Assembly (NCBI GenBank): GCA_965650675.1
Contig: CBFGPN010000003.1
Coordinates: 4-64,003 of the forward strand
Origin: an uncultured Cellvibrio sp.
GTDB lineage: Bacteria; Pseudomonadota; Gammaproteobacteria; Pseudomonadales; Cellvibrionaceae
Length of the DNA stretch: 64,000 nt
Reading direction: 5' to 3'
The notes beneath the pieces are model-generated. The model was not told the DNA's origin, searched no databases, and saw only the letters and a program-made list of their open reading frames with translations. Positions 39,794 through 50,868 of the stretch are shown one piece after another (position 1 is the stretch's first letter; the number at the start of each line of letters is the position of its first letter). The position numbers and the translations under genes are program-made.

Positions 39794-39798
39794 TAATT

Positions 39799-39835
39799 AT
39801 TGTTCATTCCTGAAATTTTTTCAGGAATGAACAAT
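39799..39835. other. Perfect 17-bp inverted repeat between convergent genes
   Basis: ATTGTTCATTCCTGAAA-TTT-TTTCAGGAATGAACAAT. Confidence 0.75.
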
Positions 39836-39865
39836 CTCGTTTTTATTGTGTAATTAACAGATTGT

Positions 39866-40735
39866 TTATTGAAGGACAAAAGCACGCGATATCATCAAGT
39901 AACCTTCCGGGTCGTACAATCTTAGATCTTTTCCTGTATACGGAAAATAATCGTTGTGGAACCAGTAAATTTTAGCCAATTCTGCAAAATATTCCCTTTC
40001 GTTTTTTAATGCATAAGCTCTTGCCATATTTTTGCCGTAACTATTTCTGACGTTGGTATATAAATTTTTCTTAAGTGCATTTTGATATGCATCCATGTTC
40101 ATTTTGTAAATACGATTGTAATGTAGATAATAGTAGGCATGGCTAAGTTCATGAATAGCAAACATGAGTGCGAGTTCATCCGGGTATGTCAAATATTCGT
40201 AAGCGGATCGAATAACAATACTATGATCAAACTTTGGCGACGTGGAATTGTTTTTTGGAAAATACCATTGCCCACCATGTCGTCCGCCTGTACGGGATTC
40301 ATTACCTGTAAACAAAAAATAATTGACTTGATCGAATTGAACGCAAATGCTTTGCGTAAAAATTTTACAAGCTTTGTCTATGTTGGATGAGAGTTTGGTG
40401 GCAGCTTTGGATAATGTTTTTGGTGCGGTATCCAGTAATTTTTTTTCAGCTATGATTGGAATGGAGTATCCCTCTATTGGCAGATATTCACGAAATGCAT
40501 AGTTGTAGAATTCCTCGCTGACAACAGATCCAAATTGTGAATGAATGTTGTGATTTTTCACTTCTATTTTTTCGACATCATCCTGATTGTTGCTATTTTC
40601 ATAGCCACTGCATTTTCTTTTATTGTCAGTAAAAATGGGTTGGCCATTACTATTCAAACATCTGAAGACTTCAGCGTACGCATAATCAAATCTCAAGAAA
40701 AGAATAAAAACTAAAATGAAAGAGGTTTTCATCAA
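39866..40735 (-). CDS. Secreted DUF4124-like / zincin metallopeptidase fusion
   Basis: Signal peptide, AEVFRCLNSNGQPIFTD (DUF4124-like), HELSH zinc motif, YALKNEREYFAE. Confidence 0.7.
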   Translation of the reverse strand: MMKTSFILVFILFLRFDYAYAEVFRCLNSNGQPIFTDNKRKCSGYENSNNQDDVEKIEVKNHNIHSQFGSVVSEEFYNYAFREYLPIEGYSIPIIAEKKLLDTAPKTLSKAATKLSSNIDKACKIFTQSICVQFDQVNYFLFTGNESRTGGRHGGQWYFPKNNSTSPKFDHSIVIRSAYEYLTYPDELALMFAIHELSHAYYYLHYNRIYKMNMDAYQNALKKNLYTNVRNSYGKNMARAYALKNEREYFAELAKIYWFHNDYFPYTGKDLRLYDPEGYLMISRAFVLQ

Positions 40736-40889
40736 TATCCCTGTGGTCGGTGAAAAGGTATGAAACTATTGGCTTTTCATTCTAGCTTCTATATTCTGGT
40801 CAAGGATAGATATTCCCCACGCTTGGCCCGGTATTTTGCCGGTTTTGTTCTTTAATAGAGGTCACACCAAACCCATTGGTGAAGAAATT

Positions 40890-42287
40890 ATGATTCCAGT
40901 TATTGCCTTGGTTGGCCGTCCCAATGTTGGTAAATCCACTCTGTTTAATCGCCTGACTCGCTCCCGTGATGCGTTGGTTGCTGATTACCCTGGCCTTACA
41001 CGTGATAGAAAATATGGCGAAGGTTGTATCGATAATCGCCGTTTTATTGTGATAGACACTGGCGGTATCAGTGGCGAAGAAGAAGGTATTGATAGTGTTA
41101 TGGCCGGGCAATCACTTCTTGCTATTCAGGAAGCGGACATAGTGCTGTTTATTTTGGATAGTCGTGAAGGCGTGAATCAGGCGGATTACATCATCGCACA
41201 GCATCTTCGTGTGAATAACAAAAAGACTTTTCTGGTGGCCAATAAAATAGATGGAATGGATCCTGACATGGCCTTGGCACCTTTTTATGAATTGGGCATG
41301 GGCGATGTCTTTCCAACCACGGCAACTCATGGTCGCGGTGTGAAGTCCATGATGGAAGAAGTATTGGCTGATGTTCCCGAGTTGCCGGAAGATTTTCAGT
41401 CAGAAGATGCAACCGGTATCAAGATTGCGGTGGTTGGAAGACCTAATGTTGGCAAATCAACATTGGTCAATCGCCTGTTGGGAGAAGACAGGGTTGTGGT
41501 ATTTGATGAGCCTGGAACCACTCGCGATTCTATTTACATCAATTACACCCGATTTGATAAACCTTACACCATCATTGATACAGCCGGTGTCAGGCGTCGA
41601 AAGAATATTGACCTTGTTGTTGAGAAGTTTTCAATTGTAAAAACCATGCAAGCCATCAGTGATGCCAATGTGGTCATTCTGGTTATGGATGCCAGCGAAG
41701 GTGTGGTTGAACAGGATTTGCATTTGATGGGCACCACCATAGAAGCCGGGCGGGCATTGGTAATTGCGTTGAATAAGTGGGATGGTCTTGATGATGGTCA
41801 CAAGCAATACGTAAAAAATGAAATTGAGCGCCGTTTGAAATTTGTTGATTTTGCCAACATCCATTTTATTTCAGCATTACATGGCACTGGTGTTGGTAAT
41901 CTTTATAAATCAATTGAACAGGCTTTCAGGGCTGCTACAGACAAGTTTGGAACTCACTACCTGACACGAATATTGCAGGATGCTACACGCGAGCATCAGC
42001 CACCAATGATTCAAGGGCGTCGCATAAAATTGCGCTATGCCCACTCGGGAGGGCATAATCCGCCCATCATTGTGATCCACGGTAACCAAACTCAGGATAT
42101 TCCCGGGCATTATGTTAAGTATCTGGAGAAAACATTCCGTCGAGTTTTGGATTTGCATGGAACACCGATACGGATTGAGTTCCGTACCAATGAGAATCCT
42201 TATGCGGAACGTAAAAAGAAAATGACGCAGCGTGAATTTATTCAACTGCGACGTAAGCAAGAGCGTAATGCCAAGAAGCAACCCTAA
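40890..42287 (+). CDS. der: Ribosome biogenesis GTPase Der (EngA)
   Basis: Two [11 protein letters not shown]1 boxes, DTGG/DTAG, NKID/NKWD. Start set to ATG 40890. Confidence 0.97.
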   Translation: MIPVIALVGRPNVGKSTLFNRLTRSRDALVADYPGLTRDRKYGEGCIDNRRFIVIDTGGISGEEEGIDSVMAGQSLLAIQEADIVLFILDSREGVNQADYIIAQHLRVNNKKTFLVANKIDGMDPDMALAPFYELGMGDVFPTTATHGRGVKSMMEEVLADVPELPEDFQSEDATGIKIAVVGRPNVGKSTLVNRLLGEDRVVVFDEPGTTRDSIYINYTRFDKPYTIIDTAGVRRRKNIDLVVEKFSIVKTMQAISDANVVILVMDASEGVVEQDLHLMGTTIEAGRALVIALNKWDGLDDGHKQYVKNEIERRLKFVDFANIHFISALHGTGVGNLYKSIEQAFRAATDKFGTHYLTRILQDATREHQPPMIQGRRIKLRYAHSGGHNPPIIVIHGNQTQDIPGHYVKYLEKTFRRVLDLHGTPIRIEFRTNENPYAERKKKMTQREFIQLRRKQERNAKKQP

Positions 42288-42310
42288 CGTTTTTGACAGT
42301 AATTGATCAA

Positions 42311-43489
42311 ATGAACCTATCCGGTAAGAAGATTTTGATTTTGGATGATGACCGAGACTTTGGGTTACGGTTGTCCATGGATCTGTCGGGATTGGGTTTT
42401 CATCCATTAACAGCTCATAATGCCGGGGATGTTCCGGATTTATTGAGGCAATTACCTGATCTGATTCTGATTGATATTCATTTTTCCAATTCATCCGCTA
42501 TTTCAATACTTCAACAAGCACAACAAGAATTGAACCCCCCGGTAATTTTTCTTGCCGACACTCTGGAGACATCGGAGTTATTGGTGGCATTACGTATGGG
42601 AGCAAAAGATTATCTTGAGAAGACCAATTTGGATGTGCAGGGGTTGGCTTCATCTATTGAAAAAGCGCTCTCTGTACCGGATTCCGGTTACCGCGAACAA
42701 CTGGAAAAAGCTAATCGCGAATTGCGTGAACATCTGCGTGTGCTGGAGCGTGATCAAACAGCGGGTCGCCGTGTTCAACGTAGATTAATGCCCAAAGGTC
42801 TCAAAACACCGGAGGGTTACAGGATTGAACACGCCATTATTCCATCACTGTTTTTAAGTGGTGATTTTATTGATTACGCGCAAATCAAACAGCGTTATCT
42901 TGCATTTTATTTGGCGGATGTATCGGGCCACGGCGCTTCGTCTGCATTCGTTACCATTTGGTTGAAGCATGTCGTTAGCCGCATGGTGCGCGAGGAAGGT
43001 TTGTTTAGTGACTATCATTCCTTTGAGATGGGGTGTGCGCAAATGTTGCAGCAGATTAATCGCGAATTGATCGAAACACGCGTTGGGCATCACTTAACTC
43101 TTTTTGTCGGTGTTATCGATACGCAGACACGACAAATGCGATACGTTGTTGCCGGCCATTTGCCCTTGCCTGTATTAATCGAGCAGGGTGCTGCTGTGTA
43201 TCTTGAGGGCCAGGGAAAGCCTGTAGGAATATTCAAGGATGCCAGATGGCAAATTTATCATCGCCAATTACCGGAAAATTTTGCATTAATTTGTTTTTCA
43301 GATGGCGTTCTGGAATTGTGTAATAAAAAAGATTTGGCGGAAAAAGAAGCCGATTTGCTTAAAAAATTATCCTTATCGACTGGCAGTCTGGAATCAGTCT
43401 GCAATACTTTATCTATCAATCAGGTACAAGATAACCCTGATGATATTGCAATTTTGTCTATTTCCCGATTGCCAGAATTGCCCGGTTAA
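42311..43489 (+). CDS. Receiver + PP2C/SpoIIE phosphatase (Pseudomonas RssB-like)
   Basis: REC domain, coiled coil, SGDFIDY, DVSGHGASSA, FSDGVLE, DDIAI. Start set to ATG 42311. Confidence 0.88.
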   Translation: MNLSGKKILILDDDRDFGLRLSMDLSGLGFHPLTAHNAGDVPDLLRQLPDLILIDIHFSNSSAISILQQAQQELNPPVIFLADTLETSELLVALRMGAKDYLEKTNLDVQGLASSIEKALSVPDSGYREQLEKANRELREHLRVLERDQTAGRRVQRRLMPKGLKTPEGYRIEHAIIPSLFLSGDFIDYAQIKQRYLAFYLADVSGHGASSAFVTIWLKHVVSRMVREEGLFSDYHSFEMGCAQMLQQINRELIETRVGHHLTLFVGVIDTQTRQMRYVVAGHLPLPVLIEQGAAVYLEGQGKPVGIFKDARWQIYHRQLPENFALICFSDGVLELCNKKDLAEKEADLLKKLSLSTGSLESVCNTLSINQVQDNPDDIAILSISRLPELPG

Positions 43490-43503
43490 AATTGAGGAAG
43501 TTA

Positions 43504-43986
43504 ATGAATCCTGGTCAGATATTAGTTGCCGATCATCAAGGGGTTTATGTTATTAAACTGATGGGTGATGTGCGCCTTACATTTTGTATATCGTTCGATC
43601 AATTTATTGACACAATGCTGGCAGATCCTGCGTTGATTTCGATTTTGTTTGATTTATCCGATGCCGAAGCTGTTGACAGCACCACGCTTGGGCTTATGGC
43701 AAAAATTTCTCTACTGGGACAGGAAAAGCGAAACATCACACCTGTGATTCTGGCAACCAATTCCAGTATCAATCGCATCCTGCATAGTATGGGGTTTGCC
43801 GATATATTCAGTATTGTTGATCATTTGGATGTTGATTTATCAGCCAGTAGATCCCTTTGTTGTAATGATCAAAACGAAGTATTGATAAAAGAACGTGTGA
43901 TAGAAGCACACAAAATTTTAATGAGTTTGAATCAGCAAAATACTGAGACGTTTAAAAATCTGGTACACATGTTGGAAGATAATTAA
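43504..43986 (+). CDS. STAS-domain anti-sigma antagonist (RssC-like)
   Basis: Motifs IKLMGDVRLT, phosphoacceptor DSTTLGLM, EAHKILM. Start set to ATG 43504. Confidence 0.88.
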   Translation: MNPGQILVADHQGVYVIKLMGDVRLTFCISFDQFIDTMLADPALISILFDLSDAEAVDSTTLGLMAKISLLGQEKRNITPVILATNSSINRILHSMGFADIFSIVDHLDVDLSASRSLCCNDQNEVLIKERVIEAHKILMSLNQQNTETFKNLVHMLEDN

Positions 43987-44002
43987 GTTATTTCAGTTTT
44001 AT

Positions 44003-44030
44003 AAAAAACCCGGATTTCTCCGGGGGTTTT
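44003..44030. terminator. Bidirectional intrinsic terminator (STAS/tal)
   Basis: AAAAAACCCGGA-TTTC-TCCGGGGGTTTT. Confidence 0.75.
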
Positions 44031-44042
44031 ATTGTCCAAAAA

Positions 44043-44996
44043 TCAATTCATTGATTTCAATAATTTTTCCAGTGCCTGTTGATCTTTCACAAAGCCACGA
44101 ATACCTTCAGCCAATTTGTCATTAGCCATTTGATCCATGTTCATAGCGAAGCGGAAGCTGGCTTCGGTGTCTTTTAATTTAGTAATGGCTTCGCCTTTGT
44201 TATCGGGTGACAGAACGCGTTTCAATTCACCCTGGCTTTGATCCAGTTCTTGCAAAAGTTGTGGACTGATAGTTAAGCGATCGCAACCCGCAAGTGCTTC
44301 GATTTCACCAATATTACGGAAACTGGCGCCCATCACCACTGTTTTATAGCCATGTTGTTTGTAATAGTTGTAAATATGACGAACGGATTGCACGCCGGGA
44401 TCTTCTTCAGCGGTATATTCTTTTTTGTCAGTATTGGCTTTGTACCAGTCCAGAATTCGGTCCACGAATGGAGAAATGAGGAACACACCTGCATCGGCAC
44501 AGGCAGCCGCTTGATTGAATCCGAACAACAGCGTCAGGTTACAGTTAATACCTTCTTTTTCCAGTATTTCCGCAGCGCGAATACCTTCCCATGTAGAGGC
44601 GAGTTTGATGAGAACACGGGACTTATCGACACCACCTTTGGCATAAAGATCAATCAGGTGGTGTGCCTTGGCAATACTGGCCTTGGTATCAAACGACAAG
44701 CGTGCGTCAACTTCGGTGGAGATTTTTCCGGGGATAATTTTCAGAATTTCCATGCCAATGCCAACAGCCAGATGATCACCGGCGGCGCTCAATTGTTCAG
44801 CACTATTGCTAAAATGTTTGCTGGCCGCGATAGAGGCAGTAAGAAGATCCTTGTATTGCGGCATTTGTGCCGCCTTATAAACCAGTGACGGATTGGTAGT
44901 GGCATCAAGTGGTTTATATAAACGCATGGCTTCTATATCGCCGGTATCGGCGACAACATCGGTGTACTGCTTAAGTTGTTCAAGTTTGCTGGCCAC
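44043..44996 (-). CDS. tal: Transaldolase
   Basis: Motifs [43 protein letters not shown] start. Confidence 0.97.
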   Translation of the reverse strand: MASKLEQLKQYTDVVADTGDIEAMRLYKPLDATTNPSLVYKAAQMPQYKDLLTASIAASKHFSNSAEQLSAAGDHLAVGIGMEILKIIPGKISTEVDARLSFDTKASIAKAHHLIDLYAKGGVDKSRVLIKLASTWEGIRAAEILEKEGINCNLTLLFGFNQAAACADAGVFLISPFVDRILDWYKANTDKKEYTAEEDPGVQSVRHIYNYYKQHGYKTVVMGASFRNIGEIEALAGCDRLTISPQLLQELDQSQGELKRVLSPDNKGEAITKLKDTEASFRFAMNMDQMANDKLAEGIRGFVKDQQALEKLLKSMN

Positions 44997-45353
44997 AGTG
45001 ATTTTCCTGTAAAAATTAACGAAAAGGTTGATTGCCGTAATAATTATGGTCTTTTTGACTTTTATATTAAAGTCTTGTCTCGAATATTGTATCCAGAAAA
45101 ATGCCTAAACAAAACCTGAAATTCAGTGACAATAGCGCTAACTTCTTGATAGATAAGGGGCATTCTGCTAATCTTCGGCCCCTGCTGATTTGTCCGACTT
45201 TGATTTTATAGAGAAAGATTTTCTGCAGCGGTAGTGGCAAACAACCCCCAGCCTGAGGATGCCATCTACTTATCATTAACTGACCCGCATGACTGGCCGC
45301 GCGGTATGCACAAGCCTGATGTCCGGCTTTGTGTTTTCAATGAAGGTAATACC

Positions 45354-47039
45354 ATGAGTATGAATGAAAGTTTTGCAGAACTGTTTGAAGAAAGTTTGAA
45401 AACAGTGGATATGGTACCGGGTACCATAGTAACTGGCGTAGTGATTGATATCGATAAAGATTGGGTCACTGTACATGCCGGTTTGAAATCAGAAGGTGTA
45501 ATTCCTGCTGAACAATTCCGTAATGAGTTGGGTCAAATTACCCTGCAAATTGGCGACGAAGTTCAAGTTGCCCTCGAAAGTGTTGAAGATGGTTTCGGCG
45601 AAACCAAACTCTCCCGCGAAAAAGCCAAGCGCGCTGAAGCCTGGAAAATTCTGGAAGCTGCCCATACCGCTGAAGAAGTTATCAAAGGTGTTATCAATGG
45701 TAAGGTCAAGGGTGGTTTCACTGTTGATGTTGCCAGCATTCGTGCATTCCTTCCCGGTTCATTGGTAGATGTTCGCCCTGTGCGCGAAACCACTCATCTC
45801 GAAGGCAAAGAGCTCGAATTCAAAGTCATTAAGTTGGATCAAAAACGTAACAACGTAGTGGTTTCCCGTCGTGCAGTTCTGGAGCAATCCAACTCTGCCG
45901 AGCGCGATGAATTACTGGCTAACCTGCAAGAAGGTCAAGCAGTTAAAGGTGTTGTTAAAAATCTTACCGACTACGGTGCATTCGTTGACCTGGGCGGCGT
46001 AGATGGTTTGTTGCACATCACTGATATGGCGTGGAAACGCATCAAGCATCCAGGTGAAATCGTAGAAGTCGGTCAAGAGATCGACGTTAAAGTATTGAAG
46101 TTTGATCGTGATCGTAACCGCGTTTCTCTGGGCTTGAAGCAATTGGGCGAAGATCCATGGGTAGCTATCACCAAGCGTTACCCGGAAGGCGCTCGTGCGA
46201 AAGCTAAAGTGACCAACCTGACTGACTATGGCTGTTTCGCTGAGTTGGAAGAAGGCGTTGAAGGTTTGATCCACGTTTCAGAAATGGATTGGACCAACAA
46301 AAATATTCATCCATCCAAAGTGGTTCAATTGGGTGATGAAATTGAAGTTATGGTATTGGATATCGACGAAGAGCGTCGTCGTATCTCTCTTGGCTTGAAA
46401 CAATGTCAAGAAAACCCATGGGATGCATTTGCTCGTACTTGCGCCAAAGGCGACAAGATCACTGGCAAAATCAAATCAATCACTGATTTCGGTATCTTCA
46501 TTGGTTTGGATGGCGGCATTGATGGTCTGGTTCACTTGTCAGATATCAGCTGGCATGAAGCAGGCGAAGAAGCCGTTCGCAAATACAAGAAAGGCGACGA
46601 GTTGGAAACTGTTGTGTTGGCAATAGATCCAGAGCGTGAGCGTATTTCCTTGGGTATCAAACAACTCGAAACTGATCCATTCTCTGAATATGTTTCAGTC
46701 AATGACAAAGGTGCAGTTGTTAAAGGTACTGTAAAAGAAGTTGAAGCCAAAGCGGCTGTAATCACTTTGGCTCCGGACGTTGAAGCAACTCTCAAGGCAT
46801 CAGAATTGAGCCGTGAGAAAGTGGAAGACGCTCGTAACATCTTGAAAGTTGGCGATGAAGTTGAAGCGAAAATTATTGCCGTTGATCGCAAAAATCGTAG
46901 CATCAATTTATCTGTCAAGTCGAAAGACGTTGAAGATGAAAAAGCTGCAGTCAAAGAACATTCAACCAAAACAGCCGAAGCAGCAGCTCCGACTACTTTG
47001 GGCGATTTGATTAAAGCGCAAATGCAAAGCAAAGAGTAA
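45354..47039 (+). CDS. rpsA: 30S ribosomal protein S1
   Basis: [10 protein letters not shown] start and six S1 repeats (AFLPGS, LLHITD, LIHVSE, LVHLSD). Start set to ATG 45354; 45360 is also possible. Confidence 0.98.
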   Translation: MSMNESFAELFEESLKTVDMVPGTIVTGVVIDIDKDWVTVHAGLKSEGVIPAEQFRNELGQITLQIGDEVQVALESVEDGFGETKLSREKAKRAEAWKILEAAHTAEEVIKGVINGKVKGGFTVDVASIRAFLPGSLVDVRPVRETTHLEGKELEFKVIKLDQKRNNVVVSRRAVLEQSNSAERDELLANLQEGQAVKGVVKNLTDYGAFVDLGGVDGLLHITDMAWKRIKHPGEIVEVGQEIDVKVLKFDRDRNRVSLGLKQLGEDPWVAITKRYPEGARAKAKVTNLTDYGCFAELEEGVEGLIHVSEMDWTNKNIHPSKVVQLGDEIEVMVLDIDEERRRISLGLKQCQENPWDAFARTCAKGDKITGKIKSITDFGIFIGLDGGIDGLVHLSDISWHEAGEEAVRKYKKGDELETVVLAIDPERERISLGIKQLETDPFSEYVSVNDKGAVVKGTVKEVEAKAAVITLAPDVEATLKASELSREKVEDARNILKVGDEVEAKIIAVDRKNRSINLSVKSKDVEDEKAAVKEHSTKTAEAAAPTTLGDLIKAQMQSKE

Positions 47040-47046
47040 TCTTTGA

Positions 47047-47078
47047 AAAACGGGGAATCCGCAAAGATTCCCCGTTTT
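47047..47078 (+). terminator. Intrinsic terminator after rpsA
   Basis: AAAACGGGGAATC-loop-GATTCCCCGTTTT. Confidence 0.8.
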
Positions 47079-47129
47079 GTTTTGGCAGTTTCCAATCGTT
47101 TGTTCAAGCAATAAAAAAGAGGAACCACC

Positions 47130-47420
47130 ATGACCAAATCAGAGTTAATCGAATATATCACTGAAAAGCAAAATCAATTGCCCATTAAAGATGTCGAGGC
47201 ATCAGTGAAACTGTTATTGGATTATATGTCTGATATGTTGGCAAAAGGTGAGCGAATTGAAATTCGTGGTTTTGGCAGTTTCTCTCTGCACTATCGCGCA
47301 CCGCGCGTCGGTAGAAATCCTAAAACAGGAGAGTCAGTAACTCTTGAAGGTAAGTATGTTCCACACTTCAAGCCTGGAAAAGAAATGCGCGATCGTGTTA
47401 ATGAAAGTATTAATCGCTAA
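47130..47420 (+). CDS. ihfB: Integration host factor beta subunit
   Basis: [44 protein letters not shown]. Confidence 0.97.
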   Translation: MTKSELIEYITEKQNQLPIKDVEASVKLLLDYMSDMLAKGERIEIRGFGSFSLHYRAPRVGRNPKTGESVTLEGKYVPHFKPGKEMRDRVNESINR

Positions 47421-48415
47421 TTGCCTTCATGAATGACCCTGGTGTTTTTAATTGCATCATAAGCTTCAATAAGAACCTCTATCCCTGCATCAGCTCTTGG
47501 TGCCTTTTCACTTAAGATCCGTCGAAAAATACGTGCACCGGGTTGTCCTTGAAACAGGCCCAATACATGCCGCGTCATGTGGCTTAATTTAATTCCTTTT
47601 GCTAGATTATCTGCGCAATATTCAATAAATAGTTCAAAAACTTCTGCGCGTGAAATGACTGGTTTTGTATCGGCAAATAATTGCTGATCGACTTCAGCCA
47701 GCATATAAGGGTTGGAATAAGCCTCTCGCCCAACCATAACGCCATCCACATTATTCAACAAAGTTTTCGATTGATGCAGATTAGTAATGCCGCCATTGAT
47801 AATAATATTGAGATGTGGAAATTCATTTTTTAATTGAATTACTTTGTTGTAATCCAGTGGTGGGATCTCACGATTTTCTTTAGGGCTTAGCCCTTTTAGC
47901 CAAGCCTTACGTGCATGCACAATAAACGTTTTGCAACCGGTTGCGGAAATAGTTGAAACAAAAGTTGCCATGTCCTCATAGTCATCCTGATAATCGATGC
48001 CAATACGATGTTTGACTGTCACTGGAATTGAAACGGCATTTCGCATAGCAGCAATACATTCTGCGACCAATTCCGGTTCCGCCATCAAACAGGCACCAAT
48101 CATATTATTCTGCACCCGATCACTGGGGCAGCCACAATTCAGATTCACTTCGTCATAGCCCCAATCTTCGGCCATTCGTGCACACAAAGCCAAATCCTTG
48201 GGATTGCTTCCGCCAAGTTGTAATGCCAACGGGTTTTCACAAGTATTGAAATCGAGAAAACGCTTTTGATCACCATGAATTAAAGCACCGGTAGTGACCA
48301 TTTCACTATAAAGAACTGATTTTTGTGTAAGCAGTCGCCAGAAATACCGGCAATGGGTATCACTCCAATCCATCATGGGAGCCAGGCAAAAACGGTGGGT
48401 CATAGAATGAGTCAT
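47417..48415 (-). CDS. dusA: tRNA-dihydrouridine(20/20a) synthase DusA
   Basis: Motifs [48 protein letters not shown]. Confidence 0.95.
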   Translation of the reverse strand: MTHSMTHRFCLAPMMDWSDTHCRYFWRLLTQKSVLYSEMVTTGALIHGDQKRFLDFNTCENPLALQLGGSNPKDLALCARMAEDWGYDEVNLNCGCPSDRVQNNMIGACLMAEPELVAECIAAMRNAVSIPVTVKHRIGIDYQDDYEDMATFVSTISATGCKTFIVHARKAWLKGLSPKENREIPPLDYNKVIQLKNEFPHLNIIINGGITNLHQSKTLLNNVDGVMVGREAYSNPYMLAEVDQQLFADTKPVISRAEVFELFIEYCADNLAKGIKLSHMTRHVLGLFQGQPGARIFRRILSEKAPRADAGIEVLIEAYDAIKNTRVIHEGN

Positions 48416-48518
48416 AATATTCGTGACGGAAAAATTCAGGCTGCTATGATAACTAAAAATCCCCAGGCAAGCTCGGGCTATACGGGATCGAGTAGATTTT
48501 ATATTTAGGTAACCGGTT

Positions 48519-49001
48519 ATGAAGCTTTCTCACATAGATCAACAAGGCAAAGCATCCATGGTAGATGTGAGTGCAAAAGATTTTACCTTGCGTGAAGCCA
48601 AAGCTTTTGGTCGTGTCAAAATGAGTATGCCAACGTTGCACCAAATTGAACAGAATCAATTAAAAAAAGGCGATGTATTATCAGTAGCGAGAATAGCGGG
48701 TATTCAGGCTGCAAAAAAATGCGCAGATTTAATTCCACTTTGTCATCCACTTGCGTTGAGTAAAGTTGCAGTTGATTTTGAGTTAAATTTACAAGCAGGA
48801 TCAGTTGATGTATTTGCTTATTGCAAATTAACCGGACAAACCGGTGTGGAAATGGAAGCCTTGACTGCGGTGAGTGTTGCAGCTTTAACAATATATGACA
48901 TGTGTAAAGCCATAGATAAAGATATGGTAATTACTTCAATTCAGCTGGTTGAAAAAACAGGTGGGCAAGGTGGTGATGTTAATCGGGAAATTTCATCATG
49001 A
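48519..49001 (+). CDS. moaC: Cyclic pyranopterin monophosphate synthase MoaC
   Basis: Motifs [32 protein letters not shown]. Confidence 0.96.
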   Translation: MKLSHIDQQGKASMVDVSAKDFTLREAKAFGRVKMSMPTLHQIEQNQLKKGDVLSVARIAGIQAAKKCADLIPLCHPLALSKVAVDFELNLQAGSVDVFAYCKLTGQTGVEMEALTAVSVAALTIYDMCKAIDKDMVITSIQLVEKTGGQGGDVNREISS

Positions 49002-49246
49002 TTAAAATTCTTTTTTTTGCAAGGTTGCGAGAGGTGTTGGGTAGGAGTCAAATTGAAATGCCCTTTGACGAGTCGCTATCTTTGGCTGAGTTACGTTTCG
49101 CAATTATTAAACAGTATCCTGCATGGGAGACGGAGTTGATGAAAAAAAATTTACTGGTTGCAATCAACAAACAACATGCGCATTTTGAGAATTTGGTAAA
49201 CCCGGGTGATGAAGTCGCGTTTTTTCCTCCTGTTACAGGAGGCTGA
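48998..49246 (+). CDS. moaD: Molybdopterin synthase sulfur carrier MoaD
   Basis: ILFFARLRE start and C-terminal [12 protein letters not shown]. Confidence 0.95.
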   Translation: MIKILFFARLREVLGRSQIEMPFDESLSLAELRFAIIKQYPAWETELMKKNLLVAINKQHAHFENLVNPGDEVAFFPPVTGG

Positions 49247-49247
49247 A

Positions 49248-49712
49248 ATGAAACTCAGTGTGTCAGTTCAGGAGGAAGACTTCAATTTGCAAACGGAATA
49301 TCAACAATTGCTTGAGCAGGATGAGCTCTCCGGTGCGATAGTCACATTTGTCGGGCGAGTGAGGGATGTTGCAGCGGATAAGAAAATATTGGGTTTGCAG
49401 ATTGAGCATTACCCGGGGATGACAGAGTCAGCTTTGGAATCTATTCTTCAGCAAGCAGCCGTTCGTTTCAATATTAATCTGGCCAGAATAGTGCATCGAA
49501 TTGGCAAGATAAATTCTTATGAGCAGATAGTATTTGTTGGTGTGACAAGCGTACATAGGGAGGATGCTTTCAGCGCTACCGAGTTTATTATGGACTACTT
49601 GAAAACCCATGCGCCTTTTTGGAAAAAAGAAATTACCGAGTCAGGTGCTGTTTGGGTTGAAAGTCAAAAAAAAGATCAAAAACGATATGAACGTTGGAAC
49701 CCGGGTCATTGA
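49248..49712 (+). CDS. moaE: Molybdopterin synthase catalytic subunit MoaE
   Basis: Motifs GAIVTFVGRVR, EHYPGMT, HRIG, MDYLKTHAPFWKKE. Start set to ATG 49248. Confidence 0.95.
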   Translation: MKLSVSVQEEDFNLQTEYQQLLEQDELSGAIVTFVGRVRDVAADKKILGLQIEHYPGMTESALESILQQAAVRFNINLARIVHRIGKINSYEQIVFVGVTSVHREDAFSATEFIMDYLKTHAPFWKKEITESGAVWVESQKKDQKRYERWNPGH

Positions 49713-49772
49713 TAAAATCGGCTGATCTATTGTGTTTTATTTTTCGAATTATTAACTGAATTGGCAAATGAA

Positions 49773-50798
49773 ATGGTTAAAGCAACTATAGATGACGTGG
49801 CAGAATTGGCTGGAGTATCAATAAAGACCGTTTCCCGCGTAGTTAATAATGAGCCTAATGTGCGAACCGGTACTCGTGAAAAGGTAGAAGCAGCGATTGC
49901 GACGTTAAATTATCGTCCCAATCTTTCTGCGCGTAGCCTTGCTGGAAATAAATCATTTGTATTGGCTCTGGTGTATGGCAGTCCCAGTGATCATTATGTG
50001 TTGGAATTGCAGGAAGGTATTTTGGAAGTATGTCGTCCGCAAAGTTATGAGCTGGTTGTGCACCCTGCCATATATAGAGACAAAAACTTAGTGAAAGATA
50101 TTACCGATTTTATTTTGGAAAAACGCATTGATGGAGTAATGCTGACTCCTCCTATATCAGATCATATGGGAGTGATCAGCAGTCTGCGAAAATTAAATAT
50201 TCCGGTGGTGAGAGTTGCACCTACAGAAAATAAATCATTCACACCTTACGTGGAAACCAATGATCAGGAGTCGTCTTACGATATGACCTGTCAACTCATT
50301 GCATTGGGTCATACCAGAATTGGTTTTATTGCAGGACATCCCGATCATCACGCAATTTCCTTGCGGTTGGAGGGATATAAAGCGGCGCTAATTGAAAATC
50401 AAATTGCCATTGATAAAACTTTAATTGAACAGGGTGATAATAGTTTTGAATCGGGTGAGGCAGCTGCCAAACGTTTGTTATTGCTCGAGCAAAGGCCATC
50501 GGCAATTTTTGCAGCAACTGATAATATGGCGGCTGGAGTTATTATGGTCGCCCATCAGTTGGGTTTAAAAATTCCACAACAAATTTCTGTGTGTGGTTTT
50601 GATGACACGCCAGTTGCCCATCAACTTTGGCCAGCATTGACCACTATTCGTCAACCGATTCGCCATATGGCAAAGAAAGCAACGGATCTTTTGTTAAAGC
50701 AGATTAAAGGTAAAGATGTGCAATTGCCCGCAAGCATTCTAAGTTCGATTATTGTGGTGCGTGAGTCTACGGGTAAATACACATCTAAAACAAAATAA
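49773..50798 (+). CDS. LacI-family transcriptional regulator
   Basis: TIDDVAELAGVSIKTVSRVVN HTH, GFDD, LTTIRQP. Start set to ATG 49773. Confidence 0.93.
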   Translation: MVKATIDDVAELAGVSIKTVSRVVNNEPNVRTGTREKVEAAIATLNYRPNLSARSLAGNKSFVLALVYGSPSDHYVLELQEGILEVCRPQSYELVVHPAIYRDKNLVKDITDFILEKRIDGVMLTPPISDHMGVISSLRKLNIPVVRVAPTENKSFTPYVETNDQESSYDMTCQLIALGHTRIGFIAGHPDHHAISLRLEGYKAALIENQIAIDKTLIEQGDNSFESGEAAAKRLLLLEQRPSAIFAATDNMAAGVIMVAHQLGLKIPQQISVCGFDDTPVAHQLWPALTTIRQPIRHMAKKATDLLLKQIKGKDVQLPASILSSIIVVRESTGKYTSKTK

Positions 50799-50868
50799 AA
50801 AAATATTTGGTTGTAACATTTTTTGGTGTCAGGCGTCTCAATGTGTATTACCGCCAATCGAGGTGCAT

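Noticed and set aside
45058-45145. Short palindromes (GACTTT-N5-AAAGTC, TAGCGCTA) in the tal/rpsA intergenic region as HexR or LacI operators
   Set aside because: They match known consensus sequences poorly and are expected by chance in AT-rich DNA.
45234-45353. 40-aa N-terminal extension of RpsA
   Set aside because: The conserved S1 start is at 45354 or 45360; the upstream sequence is more likely the leader.
41910-47161. Long antisense ORFs (41910-42494, 44352-44888, 46532-47161) and the many other short nested ORFs in the track
   Set aside because: They are shadows of strongly conserved genes with biased codon usage and show no recognisable motifs or RBS.
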